A DNA stretch of 64,000 nucleotides from Salpingoeca rosetta. Taxonomy: Eukaryota > Protista > Choanoflagellata. The translations under genes were made by a program, and so were the position numbers. This document shows positions 25,024 to 37,650 of the stretch, one piece after another. The notes under the pieces are model-generated. The model saw nothing but the letters and a program-made list of their open reading frames with translations, was not told the DNA's origin and did no database searches. Position 1 is the stretch's first letter; each line of letters begins with the position of its first letter. The stretch is taken from assembly GCA_033442325.1 (NCBI GenBank), contig JAWQFM010000007.1, forward strand, positions 1,396,351-1,460,350, written 5' to 3'.

Positions 25024-28014
25024 TTAGAATCTTGTTGGGCGTTTCCTTCCGGAGAACTTTGAGTCGCGCTTGACAGAGTTTTCGCCGTATTTCTTGCGCC
25101 GAGACTCCTTCTTCTTCATCATCCATTCCCGCGACTTGACACCGGCCCGCTTCTTCCGTCGTGCTGCAGCGCAAACAAAGAAGCACACACACACACATGG
25201 AAGATACACGCGCACATATACACACACATATACACACACATACGCGCGCATACGCGCGCACACAAACATAGAAGACACACGCACATACAAACACATACAT
25301 ACGCACAAGAGTACACGGCGACGTGAGTGACAACAAAACATATGAAACACGGCATGACGATTGACAGGCGCAAGGCCAGGCCTGCCGGTGGTTCGTTGCA
25401 AGCAAGGGCATGCAGAAGCAGCAGTGCACCTTGCCGGCGGCGGTCTGCGCGTGTGTATGCAACCGTGCTCTGGCTCGCCGTGTCACGCATCATGTCAGAC
25501 TTGCCCGCGGGTACACTGCCAACCACGCCGGCAAACAGGCACAGGAAGATTCTGCGCACAGTACGAGCACACCACATGCATTGGTAGGTGGTCAGCGACC
25601 CAACGGTATTCACACACATGCACATGTGTGTATTCTTCACAGACGTCTCGAGCACAGACGCAGGCATGCAGACACGCGTCAATCGCGCACGACGCCACGC
25701 CAATCACACAACGCCCACCACCAGAGGGCAGCACCCACACCACGGCCATCCACACGATGGCAACGCACTTCTTGGCGCGTGTGCTGTTCGGGTAGTCGAT
25801 GACAATACCGCCAGTGAAGCCGCACTTCATCGCCTGCTGCGTCACAAGCTGCATCTGCTCGTGTCCGACCAAGACCCGCAGCCACAGCCATGATGTGGAG
25901 TACGTGTGTGCGTATGTGTATGTATGTGGGTGAGTGTGTGTGCGTGTGTGTGCGTGTGTGCGTGTGTGTGTGCGTGCGCGTGTGAATGTGAATGTGTATG
26001 TGCGTGTGTGTGTGTGTGTGTGTGCGTGTGTGTATGTATGGGTGTGGGTGTGGGTGTGGGTGAGTGTATGTGTGTGCGTGTGTGTGTGCGCGTGTGTTGT
26101 GCCTTTCCCTTGCCCTTCGCAGTGGTCGTCGACAGGTGAACCGAACAAGCGAGAGACAGGCTGCACATGAACCCCCCCCCCCAACACACACACACACGGA
26201 CGCACCTGCTCCGGACTGTCTGGGTAGAACTGGAACACCGCCCTCGCTCCATGCGCCTGAATCATCGCAACAGCAGCGCACAAGTCAAACGACGCCAAGT
26301 CAGAGCAGCGTGCATGTGTTTCGCTGTTGGTGTATATGTGTGTATCTGTGTGTTTACATGTGTGTATCTGTGTGTGTGTGTGTGTGTGCGTATGCATGTG
26401 CATGTGTGTGTGCACGCACCATGGCGCCGTAGAGGGTGGTGAAGAAGTGCTTAAGGCGCTTGATGGGGTTGTGTGATGATTTGTCCTGGTTGCAAAGCCA
26501 CTGCAGCGCCGACACGCTGCACGAGCAAAAAGCAGACACAAACCAGTAAACGCGCAACCGCGCACAATCACACACGCGCAATCACACACGCGCAATCGCA
26601 CAGTCCAAAACAAGCGGCAATGAGCGAACACAGCGAGAATATGGTGCGCGCGCCAGCAAAGAACAGGAAAGCGCAAGACTGCAGCATCCCCGACCGCCGT
26701 TGTTTGCACCTGATGACGCCATCAAAGGAGCCCGGCTGGAATGGCACGCCCTGGCCCATGTCCTGGTGAATCAGGTCGCCGCCACACTCCCGCTCGGCTG
26801 CAACCTCTGTCATGGCACACGCACAGAGGGGAGCGCAGGCATGAGACATGTGGACAGCAACAGGCCGGGGGCCATGATTACAGAGTTGCGCAGTGTGGAA
26901 CGGCATGAGTGGATTGAAAGACAAATCACACGTAAGACACAAGCGTAAAGACACAAGCATCATCAACCGCGTCAAAGCGCACAGCGGCATTCCAGGCAAC
27001 GGGCCAGATGCGGATGCTGAACGATGCTCCAGTCTTACCGAGCATGTCGCCAGAGATGTCAAAGCCAACCCAATGGTGTCCGTGATCGCTGATGGTTTCT
27101 CCGCTCAAGCCAGAGCCACACCTGTGACAACATTGGGCAGAAAGTCGAAGAGAAAAAAGGGTTGATATCAGATGCGCACAAACAAGTGTGCGTGTGCATG
27201 TGTGTGTGCATGCGTGTGTGTGTATGTGTGTGCGTGTGTGTGTTTGTGAATGTGTGCGTATAAGAGCTTCTGTGCAACGTCACACACATACGAGGGCTGC
27301 GTGGCAAGGCACTGTGTCATGCGCGACGGTGCACTGCACTGTGGGCTTTCATGGGTGTGTCCACGGCCCACTCCACCTTGCCCCCCTCCCCTCCAACCCG
27401 GCTTCCACCATGCTGCCGATTATTCCGGTGTTCTCACCCGATGTCGAGAAGGAACCCCGGCGTGTCTTCGGGAAGTGCGAGCAGCTCCAAGCACCGTTCT
27501 GTCAACTCCCGCTGAATCTGGATCATACGAGTGCTGTGCACCAAAAGCAAAGAGAGTGTCATGTTAAGTGTGTTGCTTACTCGTGTGTGTGTATGCGTGT
27601 CTGTGTGTATGCTTGTGTGTGTGTGTGTGTGTGTGTGTTGCTTGCTCGTGTGTGTGTGTGTGTGTGTGTTGCTTGTTCTTGCGTGTGTTACTTGTTCGTG
27701 TGTACATGTACAGTTGTGGGTCTGTGTGAACACAAATCCGCATCAGGGCGTTGTGGATTTACACGATAGACCCAGCCACCCACACAAATCGAAACAACAC
27801 GAGTTGTGGGCCTTACTTGGATGTGTACTTGCGAGCTTCCTCCGCATTGTAAAACTGACAACGCACGTGTGCGGTGAGATGGCTGCATTTGATGAAGCAA
27901 CAAACCAATCAACACAACACAGAAACATACACAACCACAACCACAAGCACAACCACAACCACAAATAAGTACACTCACGATCTCCGGTGGCGCGGTGTAC
28001 TCTGGGCGAGACAT
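25024..28014 (-). CDS. BUD23: 18S rRNA (guanine-N7)-methyltransferase Bud23/WBSCR22, multi-exon
   Basis: ATG 28014 MSRPEYTAPPEI, then [57 protein letters not shown] and GFTGGIVIDYPNSTRAKK. C-terminal KSREWMMKKKE...DSKFSGRKR and stop at 25024. Confidence 0.97.
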
Positions 28015-28020
28015 GGCTGG

Positions 28021-28085
28021 CTCTGCTTGCTCTCTGCTTGCTCTTTGCTTGCTCTCTGTTTGCTCTCTGCTTGCTCTCTGCTTTT
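28021..28085. repeat. Degenerate 11-bp tandem repeat (CTCTGCTTGCT) x~6 just upstream of the BUD23 ATG
   Basis: ctctgcttgctctctgcttgctctttgcttgctctctgtttgctctctgcttgctctctgc. Confidence 0.8.
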
Positions 28086-28339
28086 GTTTGCTTGGGTTTG
28101 CTTTGCTTGGTGGTGTGTGTGTTTGGCTCTCTTCTTGTCTCGGCGTGCGCCCTTGTCCGGGGTGGGTCGAGGATTGGGTGGTGATATTGGTTAATTGTCC
28201 CAACTCAGCAAGTGGTAAAGCGGAGCCGAATATCTTTCGGAGATTTTCTGATGCGCGGCCTCGTGTTCACGCTACGGAGAGCAGGCGAAGAACAAGCACG
28301 GGAGTTCACTTTAAAGCGAGCCGGGGCTCACATGCAGTG

Positions 28340-28350
28340 CCTTTTTCCCT
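28340..28350 (+). promoter_or_regulatory. Candidate TCT/5'TOP initiator of RPS9
   Basis: The pyrimidine run CCTTTTTCCCT lies about 50 nt upstream of the RPS9 ATG and fits YCTYTYY. The TSS is not known. Confidence 0.35.
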
Positions 28351-28392
28351 GATCTCGCACACGACCACCCGAGCACCACCACCAGCACAACT

Positions 28393-30198
28393 ATGGGTCG
28401 CATCAAGGGCGTGAAGGCAGCACCCAAGGTCTGCAGCAAGACCGCTGAGGGTCCCCGCCGCCCCTTCGAGAAGGAGCGTCTCGACCAGGAGCTCAAGCTC
28501 GTTGGCGAGTACGGCCTCCGCTGCAAGCGCGAGGTGCGTGGGCCGCCGCTGTTTGTGTGTGCGCGTGTGTGAATGTGTGTGTGTGCATGAATGTACATGT
28601 GTGTGTATGTGTGTGAATGTGCGTGTTTTTGCAAACCAGCCCAGCCCAGCCCAGCCAATCCCAGCATGCCGATGACATTGAAAACGATGAGAGTGATGAT
28701 AGAAACGGAGCAAGCATCGTGTGCAGCAACACTCCTCCTACCAACGATGCGCTCCCCGCTGTTGCCGACGAACACACGCAGCTCCTCTGTGTGCATGCAG
28801 TGCCCGCGTGTCTGGGCTGAGGGAGACAACCGCAGCACGTGCACGTTGCAGATTCATCCCTGGTACACTACCACAGCAAGCAGTTCACCACACCAGCAGC
28901 CCGAATCTATCACATACATCAGCATCAGCATTGCCCAGCTTGGGTAGCAGTGCATGCCTTTTGGCCATGTGTGGTGGTGCATCCCAACACTCATCATCAT
29001 CACTTTTTTGTCTGCTCTTGCACGTGGCTTCTGCTTCCTGGTTCGTAGGTTTACCGCGTCAAGCTGACCCTTGCCAAGATCCGTAAGGCAGCCCGTGTGC
29101 TTCTCACCCTTGAGGAGAACGTAAGTTTGTGTGTGTGTGTGTGTGTTGTGTGAAGTGCGCAACGTTGTTCCCTGTCTTCAAGCACGTGCTGCCTTGTTTC
29201 TTTTGCAGTCTGAGTTGACCGCATGAATCCCCTTTGCTGACGCTCCCATGTTCATGTTCTCCTTCTCTTCCTCTTCTGCTTTCTCTCATCATGTCTCACT
29301 TGTGGTTTCTTTCTTCTTCAGGACCCCCGCCGTCTTTTCGAGGGCAATGCGCTCCTCCGCCGTCTTCTCCGCATCGGCGTGCTCGATGAGGAGCACATGA
29401 AGCTCGATTACGTCCTCGGTCTTAAGGTGCGTTGCTGTTTCTGTTGTTGTCGTCGTGGCTGCGTGGGAAGCATGCGTTTTCTTGCGTATGCATGTGCTGT
29501 GCTGTGTGTGTATGCATATTTGTGTGTACAGTGTGTGTACCGCACGGCTGTCTTTCCTCGCGAAGAGTTACCCATGTGTGCTTGCTGAACTCACGCTGTT
29601 TGGTCTCCTATTGCGGGTTTTTGTACTTTGTGAACAGATTGAGGATTTCCTCGAGCGTCGTCTGCAAACACAGGTGTTCAAGCTCGGTCTCGCCAAGTCT
29701 GTCCACCACGCCCGTGTCCTCATCCGCCAGCGTCACATTAGGTTCGAACAAGCATGACAATGCTCACGCACATCATGCATGCCGTGCCCCCCCCCCTGTT
29801 GTTTTGGTCCCCATCCTGCCGCGTGGTCGCAAGCCTCGTGTGCCCAGTCTTTTTATGTCCATCAACATCCTTTGGTTGTTAGTTTGTTTTGGTGGTACAT
29901 TGCATCGCGTGTTATCACCCATCATGACTCGCACGTGTGTGTACTGTCGTATCGTTCTTCAGCCTCCACACCTCACACCTTGTTTCACCCTTGCCGCCTC
30001 CGCTCCCGCTTTTTGTGTTTTTCTCGCCTTGACAGGGTTCGCAAGCAGCTCGTGAACGTGCCCTCCTTCACCGTGCGCGTCGACTCTGCCAAGCACATTG
30101 ACTTCAGCGCGAAGAGCCCCTTCGGTGGTGGCCGCCCTGGCCGTAACAAGCGCAAGAAGATTGCCGCCCGTGCCGAGGCTGCTGGCGACGAGGAGTGA
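28393..30198 (+). CDS. RPS9: 40S ribosomal protein S9 (uS4), 5 exons
   Basis: Exons 28393-28533, 29049-29120, 29322-29426, 29638-29741 and 30036-30198 splice in frame: [28 protein letters not shown]...[15 protein letters not shown]...[43 protein letters not shown]...[10 protein letters not shown]. Confidence 0.99.
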
Positions 30199-31345
30199 TT
30201 GTCTCCGCGCTTTGGTGTTGTTCGTGTGACATTTTCTTGAATCCGTATCGCGCAGTAAACAGCCTCCCCGCGCTACATCCCATTGAAGAAACAAAGACGG
30301 TGGCACCCTTGCGTGTGCCTGTGGGTGTGTTTGTGTGTTGGCGGTCATGGATGTGAAGGACATCGTGTATCTGCAAAGTGTGCGTTCACACTGTGTTGTT
30401 TTACGTGTTCCCTCATCTCATCTCACAACAGATCAAATCAAGTGATTGTGGCCTTGTTGCTGTGTTTATCGTGGAAGTGGATGGATGGATGGATGAATTC
30501 ACGGCTAGAGTGCGGTGGGTGAATATGTTGGTAAAGGGCAGGCAAAGGATGACAACAGCAAAGCCGCCGGCACCACCTGGCCCTCAAGCCACACACTAAG
30601 GCACGCAAAACATGGGGCCGGACACCACGCAAGCAAACGAAAAGCCAAGGCGAAGGTGGGAGCGATAACAAACGGGGAGAAAGGAAGACAAGAAGGAGGC
30701 TGTTGAACATCACACAGCGCACCTCCACTTTTTCACACGGACACTTGACACTTGACACTTGACACTGGGGTGGAGCCGCAACGTGAACACATGCGGCCTA
30801 CACGCGCTCGCGACAAGGAAGAAGAAACAGGGCAGCCTATCACAGACAACCAACATACAACAGGAACCACAGTGTGTGTGTGTGTGTGTGCGTGCGTGTG
30901 CGTGTGCCCTTCACCTTCAACTAACACAACGCACACAACTCACACAACTCACACAACTCACACAACGCACGTTTCGAAGAAACAACAAATAGGAAGCGCA
31001 TGCTAATATCAACCTGGCACGGCACAGAAACCGACGGCAGCAGCCAAACTATGCGTCACATCGAGCATATCACAGCAAGAACATACGCCCGTTCAATGCG
31101 TTAAGCACGACGCCGCGCTGATGACGTTAAATTGACAACAGCAGAGCACACACAAAGACGTGCCCGTGCGTGCATGTTTGTGGGTGCGCGAGCACACGCA
31201 CACACACACCACCAAACACACAAGCACATGTGCATGCATGCATGCACGTATCGACAACAACCTCATCTTCGCTCACAGGCCAATCTAATCAAAGCCCTGT
31301 CCACGCCACACACATACACACCACACCACGCCACCCCACGCCACG

Positions 31346-31379
<34 letters not shown>

Positions 31380-31449
31380 CAAACGAGATACACACGCACC
31401 GACGACGACATGCGCACACATGTAGCTGTTGTTGCAGGTTGATGGCGGT

Positions 31450-31914
31450 TTAGAGGTCATCAATGTCGACGTCACCACCGACGTCAAAGTCCTCCTCGTC
31501 GCCTGCGTTGTCAACCTCGGCGAAGACAACGGTGTCGTCCTGCTCCTTGTCGGAGTCGCCGCCCTCGTTGAGCTTTGTGTCGGCTGGGAGCTGCCCGTTC
31601 TTGATGAGGTTTCGCGCCTCGTCCATGGTGTACTTGAGGATGATGTCGCACTTGCCGTCCTGGTAGTCGCGCAAGCTGACGAGAATGATGTCGTCCTTGT
31701 TGATCCACACCTTCTTGCGCATGGTGCCGCGGATGTGGCCAAGGCGCGTCGTGCCATCGAAGCAGCTGCACTCGCAGCGCCCGTTGCCGAGCATGCGCGT
31801 CACCAACGCGTACTCCTGGCCCTCATCCTTGAACACCAGCTCGCGCCTGTCCGGCTCGTTCTGGTTCTTACCGCGGCGGCGGTTCTTGCCTCCCTTGCCC
31901 TTGTTCTTCGGCAT
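31450..31914 (-). CDS. EIF1A: Eukaryotic translation initiation factor 1A, single exon
   Basis: [17 protein letters not shown]...[12 protein letters not shown]...MLGNGR...[12 protein letters not shown]...[15 protein letters not shown] with an acidic tail. Confidence 0.99.
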   Translation of the reverse strand: MPKNKGKGGKNRRRGKNQNEPDRRELVFKDEGQEYALVTRMLGNGRCECSCFDGTTRLGHIRGTMRKKVWINKDDIILVSLRDYQDGKCDIILKYTMDEARNLIKNGQLPADTKLNEGGDSDKEQDDTVVFAEVDNAGDEEDFDVGGDVDIDDL

Positions 31915-32383
31915 CTTGGACGTGTGCTCTTTGCGGTGCTTCTACTTGCTTCTTCTGCTGCTGTTGCTGGTTGTAACGCTCGCTTGTCCTTGGGTGGATC
32001 GCTTGTGGAGGTTGTCTGCTGGCGCTTGGCGGGAGAGTTGTCAGCTGAAAAAAATGAACGACCACCTCTCTCGCAAGCACACGTGTGCGTTGCAAATTGC
32101 CACCGACCGCGCAATTTCCTGCAAAGCATCAGTTACAACAAACGCACAAACAACAGCTTGGTGTGGATGGCAGCGCTGTGTCCTTCCTCCCACACGCGCG
32201 CGCTTCCTCTCTGGTGTATGTGACGTTGCTGGCGCATGCTGGGGACTTCCCTGTGTCTTGCTTGCAGCAAAAAGATTGAAAAGCTTCCTTGATTGCAGTC
32301 AGTCCAGGTGGTGGCGAAGCGGGACGGTGAAACTTGACACGGCGCTGTCCAAAACAGCAAACAGGCAGCGTGCTGCTGAGACG

Positions 32384-32737
32384 ATGGAGGAGGATCAAGC
32401 ATCGCTGCGGGTGCTGGATGTGGTGCAAGAGTACTTGAAGAGCACGGGCTTCACACAGTGGTTGCGAGACAACGTACAAGCCCTCGTGACACAGCCCTTG
32501 TTGCCGTACAACCCTTACTCATGGCTCTTGACCAAGTGCATGGCCCGTGCCACCTTACCCAACCTGGATCGATCCTCCCATCCCCTGCCAGCCATAAACC
32601 ACATCCACGAAGATGACCAACTCCCGGGCGATCTCGTCACGTTCAGTGGTGCGCACTAGGGGAGGAAGGGTGTGTGAGGGGGGGGGGTGTCTGCGCTCTT
32701 TTGTTCGTGTCTGTGCTCTTTTGTGCGTGTCTGTCTC

Positions 32738-32771
<34 letters not shown>

Positions 32772-33811
32772 AGCTCGCTGGTGTGTGCGATTTCATGCCT
32801 GCCTGCCTTTCTGTCTTTTTTGATCGCATCCCGGGTCTGTGTCTCGATAGCATTTGTGCTCGTGTGTGTCTGCCTCACTGCGCTGCCATTCCTTCATGTG
32901 TGCTGCCCAGGCCCTCTTGGGGAGGAAGCGTTTGGCCTTCGATCTGTCCTCTTGCTCACAAACGCACGCGTCGTACGCACTGCAAGGTGCGCCGCCGAGC
33001 AACATGGGCCACGCTTCATGTCTGTGTTGCCTGTATGTCGACCCACGTGGCTGCGCGTGCAATTTTGTTTTGTTTTGCTTCTTCAACACAAGAACTGACC
33101 TGAGCACACACACCCTGGTCATCATCATCCATCCCTCCAGCCTGATTGCCCAAGCCATTGAAGACACATGGATGGGTAAGTGCGACGCTTGTCATACATC
33201 GCTGTGTGTTTGTGTAGTTATATGGGCTGCCTGTAGCTGTTGTGTACATCTGCGCCTGTGCCTTCAGCTGGGTGTCTGTGGCTGTTGTGCTGCATTCACA
33301 TGACTCACTTTGTTGTACCCCCACCGTCTCTGCCTCTCTTCCTCACCACCCACTTGACAGGTTGCATAAAGTCGAGCTTGCCGTTCAATGTGCTGCTGGC
33401 GGCAACCATACCTTCGCTATGGGGTCTCTCCAACACCGCAACCACAGACCTGTCGCTCGCTTGCGTACGTGAACTCACCTGCACGGGGACGAGCACCCGC
33501 GCTGATTCTGGTGGATTGCATTGCACAGTCACATGGGGGCACGCAAGCAGCACTCTCCCGGACGCACTCACCCACTCATACACTCACTCATACGCGTGCA
33601 CGTGTGTCCCTACTGTAGGATTGCGTCATGCGGGGCATTGGCCCTGACGACGGAATCCTCGTGTTTGTGAGCATTCTGCAAAAGTTCACCGCCCGTCTCT
33701 CCACAGACACACACGCGCTGATGTGGGCAGACGTTGGCGATGAGCGGGTACGTGTTGCATTGCCATGCTGTGTGTGTGGGGGGGGGCAGTGCAAGGTAAC
33801 ACCCCTCACGC

Positions 33812-33851
<40 letters not shown>

Positions 33852-34983
33852 GCAGTTGTTTGCGGGTGATGTGCAGTCAAAGCCTGCTGCTAGCAAACTC
33901 GTCAGTGCCCTCAAAGCCAACGCACCCGTCGTCCTTGCCGCCGTCTTCATCGACTCTGTACGCTGGCCAATGGCTCAAGCACCGTGTGTCTGTGTCTGCG
34001 TGTCTGTGTGTGTTTGTGTGTGTGTGTGTGTCTGTCTGCCTGTCTGTCTGTCTGTCTATCTGTGTCTGTCTATCTGTGTGTCTGTGCACTTGAAACTGAA
34101 CACACTCATACATCTGCACTGTGCCCGTGCGCTCATCCAACAGAGCACCCAGCGCGTGCACGCATACCGCCTCTCCCTTGGCTTGCACATCATCGCCAAT
34201 CAAATGGACGAACGTACGGCTTATGGGTGTGTGGGTGGGTGTGGGTGTGGGTGTGGGTGTGGGTGTGTGTGGGTGTGGGTGTGTACGAGATGCGCAGTGA
34301 TTGTGCAACTGTGGCTGTTTTGTGAACTGCTTGTCCTCGTGTGTTTAATGGCACGCTCCACCTCACCGCCATCATACCCTCCGCCATCGTTACCACCACC
34401 AGATGCTGCGCTGTCGACGCGACCGCCATACCACCTCGTCCTCACGGGCGCTCTCCTTGCCCGCAAGAGCGCAGCCCTCTACATGTCGCTCTTCACCGCA
34501 GACCGTACGTCCCGACACACACACACACACACGCACACGCACATGTGAACGACTCTCGTGTGTGTTTCTTCATGTGTGTGTGTGTGTGTGTGCTGTGCTG
34601 TGTGTTTGTGTTCCGCGGTTTGGACCTCCAACTGTGCTTGGCACTTGTGCAGGCACAAACTCTCCCGCGTGAAAGATTGCTCTTGTACTGTCCCAAACCC
34701 AACACACACCGCACATAACGTGTGCGTCACATACCACCCCACCTCATGCCACCCGTTTACTGTACGTCGACTGCAGCGGGTGGGCTTGAACAGCGATACA
34801 GAGCAACACTGACACAGTCGCTGGATGGATATCGACAGCAGCCAAGCGAGACCGCAGCAAATGTCCTCCACGCTGTGAGTACACACACACACACATACAC
34901 ACACATGCGGCATGTGCGTTTGTACGTGTGTGGTGTGCGTTTGCTGACCTCTTCTCACACGCGCGCGTCACGCACATATCCAT

Positions 34984-35057
<74 letters not shown>

Positions 35058-35895
35058 CCGCGCGCATTTCTGCCAATGAATTACAGTTGCTGGCCATGGC
35101 CGCTGTCGATTACAATGATGCCAACACCACCACCAGCACAAGCAGCAGCACGCATGCGCCGCCGCCACCCGACGTGAGCACGGACGTGTTTGGGGACCTC
35201 AGCTCGGTCGCTGTAGTTGGGCCGCAGCGCGTGCGTCATCTTCGACACATTGCCTCAACGTGCGTTCTATCACTACATCCAAAAGCCGCTGCGCTGCATT
35301 TCTCGCTCATCGTTTGCTTGACGTGATGCTTTATATTGTACACACCCTTGTCTGTGTTGCGTGCACGTTTTCCAGGTCACACACGTGACAGCGGTTGTCA
35401 TTCACACTCCCGCCACAATATTTGCATTCCCAACCCACGTTGTGCCAACAATCTCAACCCCATCACGTCGTGCAAACCCCATCACGCATCACTGCACCGT
35501 TATCTACACTGCGCGCTTCTGAAGGCCATTTGTGGCGCTCGAGTCGTTTGCGCTGCAAGTCCAGACCATTTACTCCCTTGTGGTGGACGCGGCTGCTGTT
35601 GCCGGCGCGTGCGGCGCTCCAGTTGACCGGTACATTGCTGCTGTCTGTGAGAACATCACTTCCTTCTTCCGCACCCTCGCCCACCCGGGTATCGAGGTGC
35701 GCCCACACGCTTGCCGCCCTGCTTTGTTTGTCTCTTGCAGGCCGCGGTGGTGCGGTGCTGCTCGCCATGCGTCTGTGTGCCCATGTCACGTTTCGCATTC
35801 ATTCGTCTTCCACAACCAATCATCGCACAAACATGCAACTGCACCCACTCATCCTACGCTCCTCTTCTCCTGGACTGCTCCATGCACGCGCGCCC

Positions 35896-35932
<37 letters not shown>

Positions 35933-36236
35933 TGTCTGTCTGTCTGTCTGTCTGTGTCTTTTTTGTGTGTGCGTGTGAGCAGGAGGTTGCGGAAGACGTT
36001 GCGCTGCTCTGTGGTGCAATTGCCGGTACCACCCGCACCGCCAACGAGTCAGTCGTGCCACTCCAGATATCCGTGTACACCTGCATGTATCCTTGTTCCT
36101 TTGCTCATGTGTGCGTGTCGTTTGAGGTTGTATCTGCCCATCTGTCTGTCTTGTATGTACACGGATGCGTTAACAAGGGTACGCAGTTGATACAAACCTC
36201 GTGCCTCTCACTGCATCTTATGCATGTGTGTGTGTC

Positions 36237-36267
<31 letters not shown>

Positions 36268-36518
36268 CTGTAACCGCTTGTCTGTGTGTGTGTGTCTGGG
36301 TGCAGGCTTGAGCGGCTATTTGTGTATCTGCACTACTCGCGTGCTGTGTTGAAGCAGAGCGTGGTCGCGGACCTTGCAGCCGTGGGCGCCACCGCTCTCA
36401 TTGAGGCGCAACACACCGCCATTGGTGACCGCGAGTATGCAGAGTACCTGCAGGGCTTTGATCTCAGCACCATTGCTTGGGGTCTCAACAACGACCTCGT
36501 CCTCGATGTTCAACAGGT

Positions 36519-36584
<66 letters not shown>

Positions 36585-36847
36585 ATGACTGCTGATCGTG
36601 CACGTGCTGCGTGTGCTGTCGTTGAGTTCGTTTTGATATCTGCACGCTTTCTTTCTTTCTTTCGGTACACACCGGCTGTAATGGCTGCCCATCATTGCAT
36701 CACGTCTGCAGATCACAAAGACGTCGCGACTGCCGCCTGATATCCGCCACAGCGCCGTCATTACGCAATATCTCATTGACACGCGCATGGACGAGACGCT
36801 GCGCCAACTCCTGCTCGAGGTAAGCCCAGCGGGCGCGTGTGTCTGTC

Positions 36848-36885
<38 letters not shown>

Positions 36886-37586
36886 TGTGCGTGTGTGTGT
36901 GCGTGTCTGCGTGTGTGTGTGTGTGCGGGCACACATCATCTGCATGTGCACGTGGCAGCTTTGGTCTTCCTCATGCAAAGTTTCCTCCTGCCCCTCCTCC
37001 TACTGCAGGTGGTTGGGCAGACGTCCCTGCCGGCGAATCCGTACATGCGCGCGTGCACCGCTTTCCGCCGCGCAATGTGGCTCACTGAACTCTGCACAGA
37101 GACAGACGCCAAACTGCAGGCCAGAATCACGCGCACAGACCCAACACCCGCCGGCACCGTGAGTGCTGTGTTTCTGTGTGTCTGTCTGTCTGTCTATCTC
37201 GATGTTTTGCTTGTCTTTCCTTGTGTTGACGTGTTGGCTTGGTTCTTGTGTGCCTGCAGCTAATTTACCGCACCCAAACTTGCAATCGCCACCACCGATG
37301 GGACACACCACGAATGTGTGTGCATGCGTGCGTGCTTGTGCTCAGGAGGGCATGTACTCGCTTGGCCAGCCGCCCATCTTCGGCAGCAGTGCGGTGCTGA
37401 CAGCCATGAAGCCGCAGGCATTCACGCAAGTGAGCGAGCTGTTGAAAGAGGTCAAGACAGATGCAATGGCTGGTCGCGGAGAAGTGGACACATCCACCGC
37501 AATCTGGCTCTCAGGTGCGCCACTGTGCACTCATCACCACCATCGGCATCTGTGCTCCAGTCAATCACACTTGCACGCTCAGCGTA

Positions 37587-37650
<64 letters not shown>

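Noticed and set aside
28692-28820. Possible box C/D snoRNA in RPS9 intron 1 (GTGATGA ... CTGA)
   Set aside because: No terminal stem and only about 7-8 nt of possible 18S complementarity, which is not distinguishable from chance. snoScan or Rfam would be needed.
29742-29757. Weak donor GTTCGA in the last RPS9 intron, with an in-frame stop on retention
   Set aside because: Equally degenerate donors (GTTCGA, GTCCGT, GTTTGC) occur in other genes here, so this is not specific evidence of regulation.
32037-32043. GTTGTCA RFX-like half site between eIF1A and the D/D-domain gene
   Set aside because: A single 7-mer with no full X-box palindrome, and it lies closer to eIF1A.
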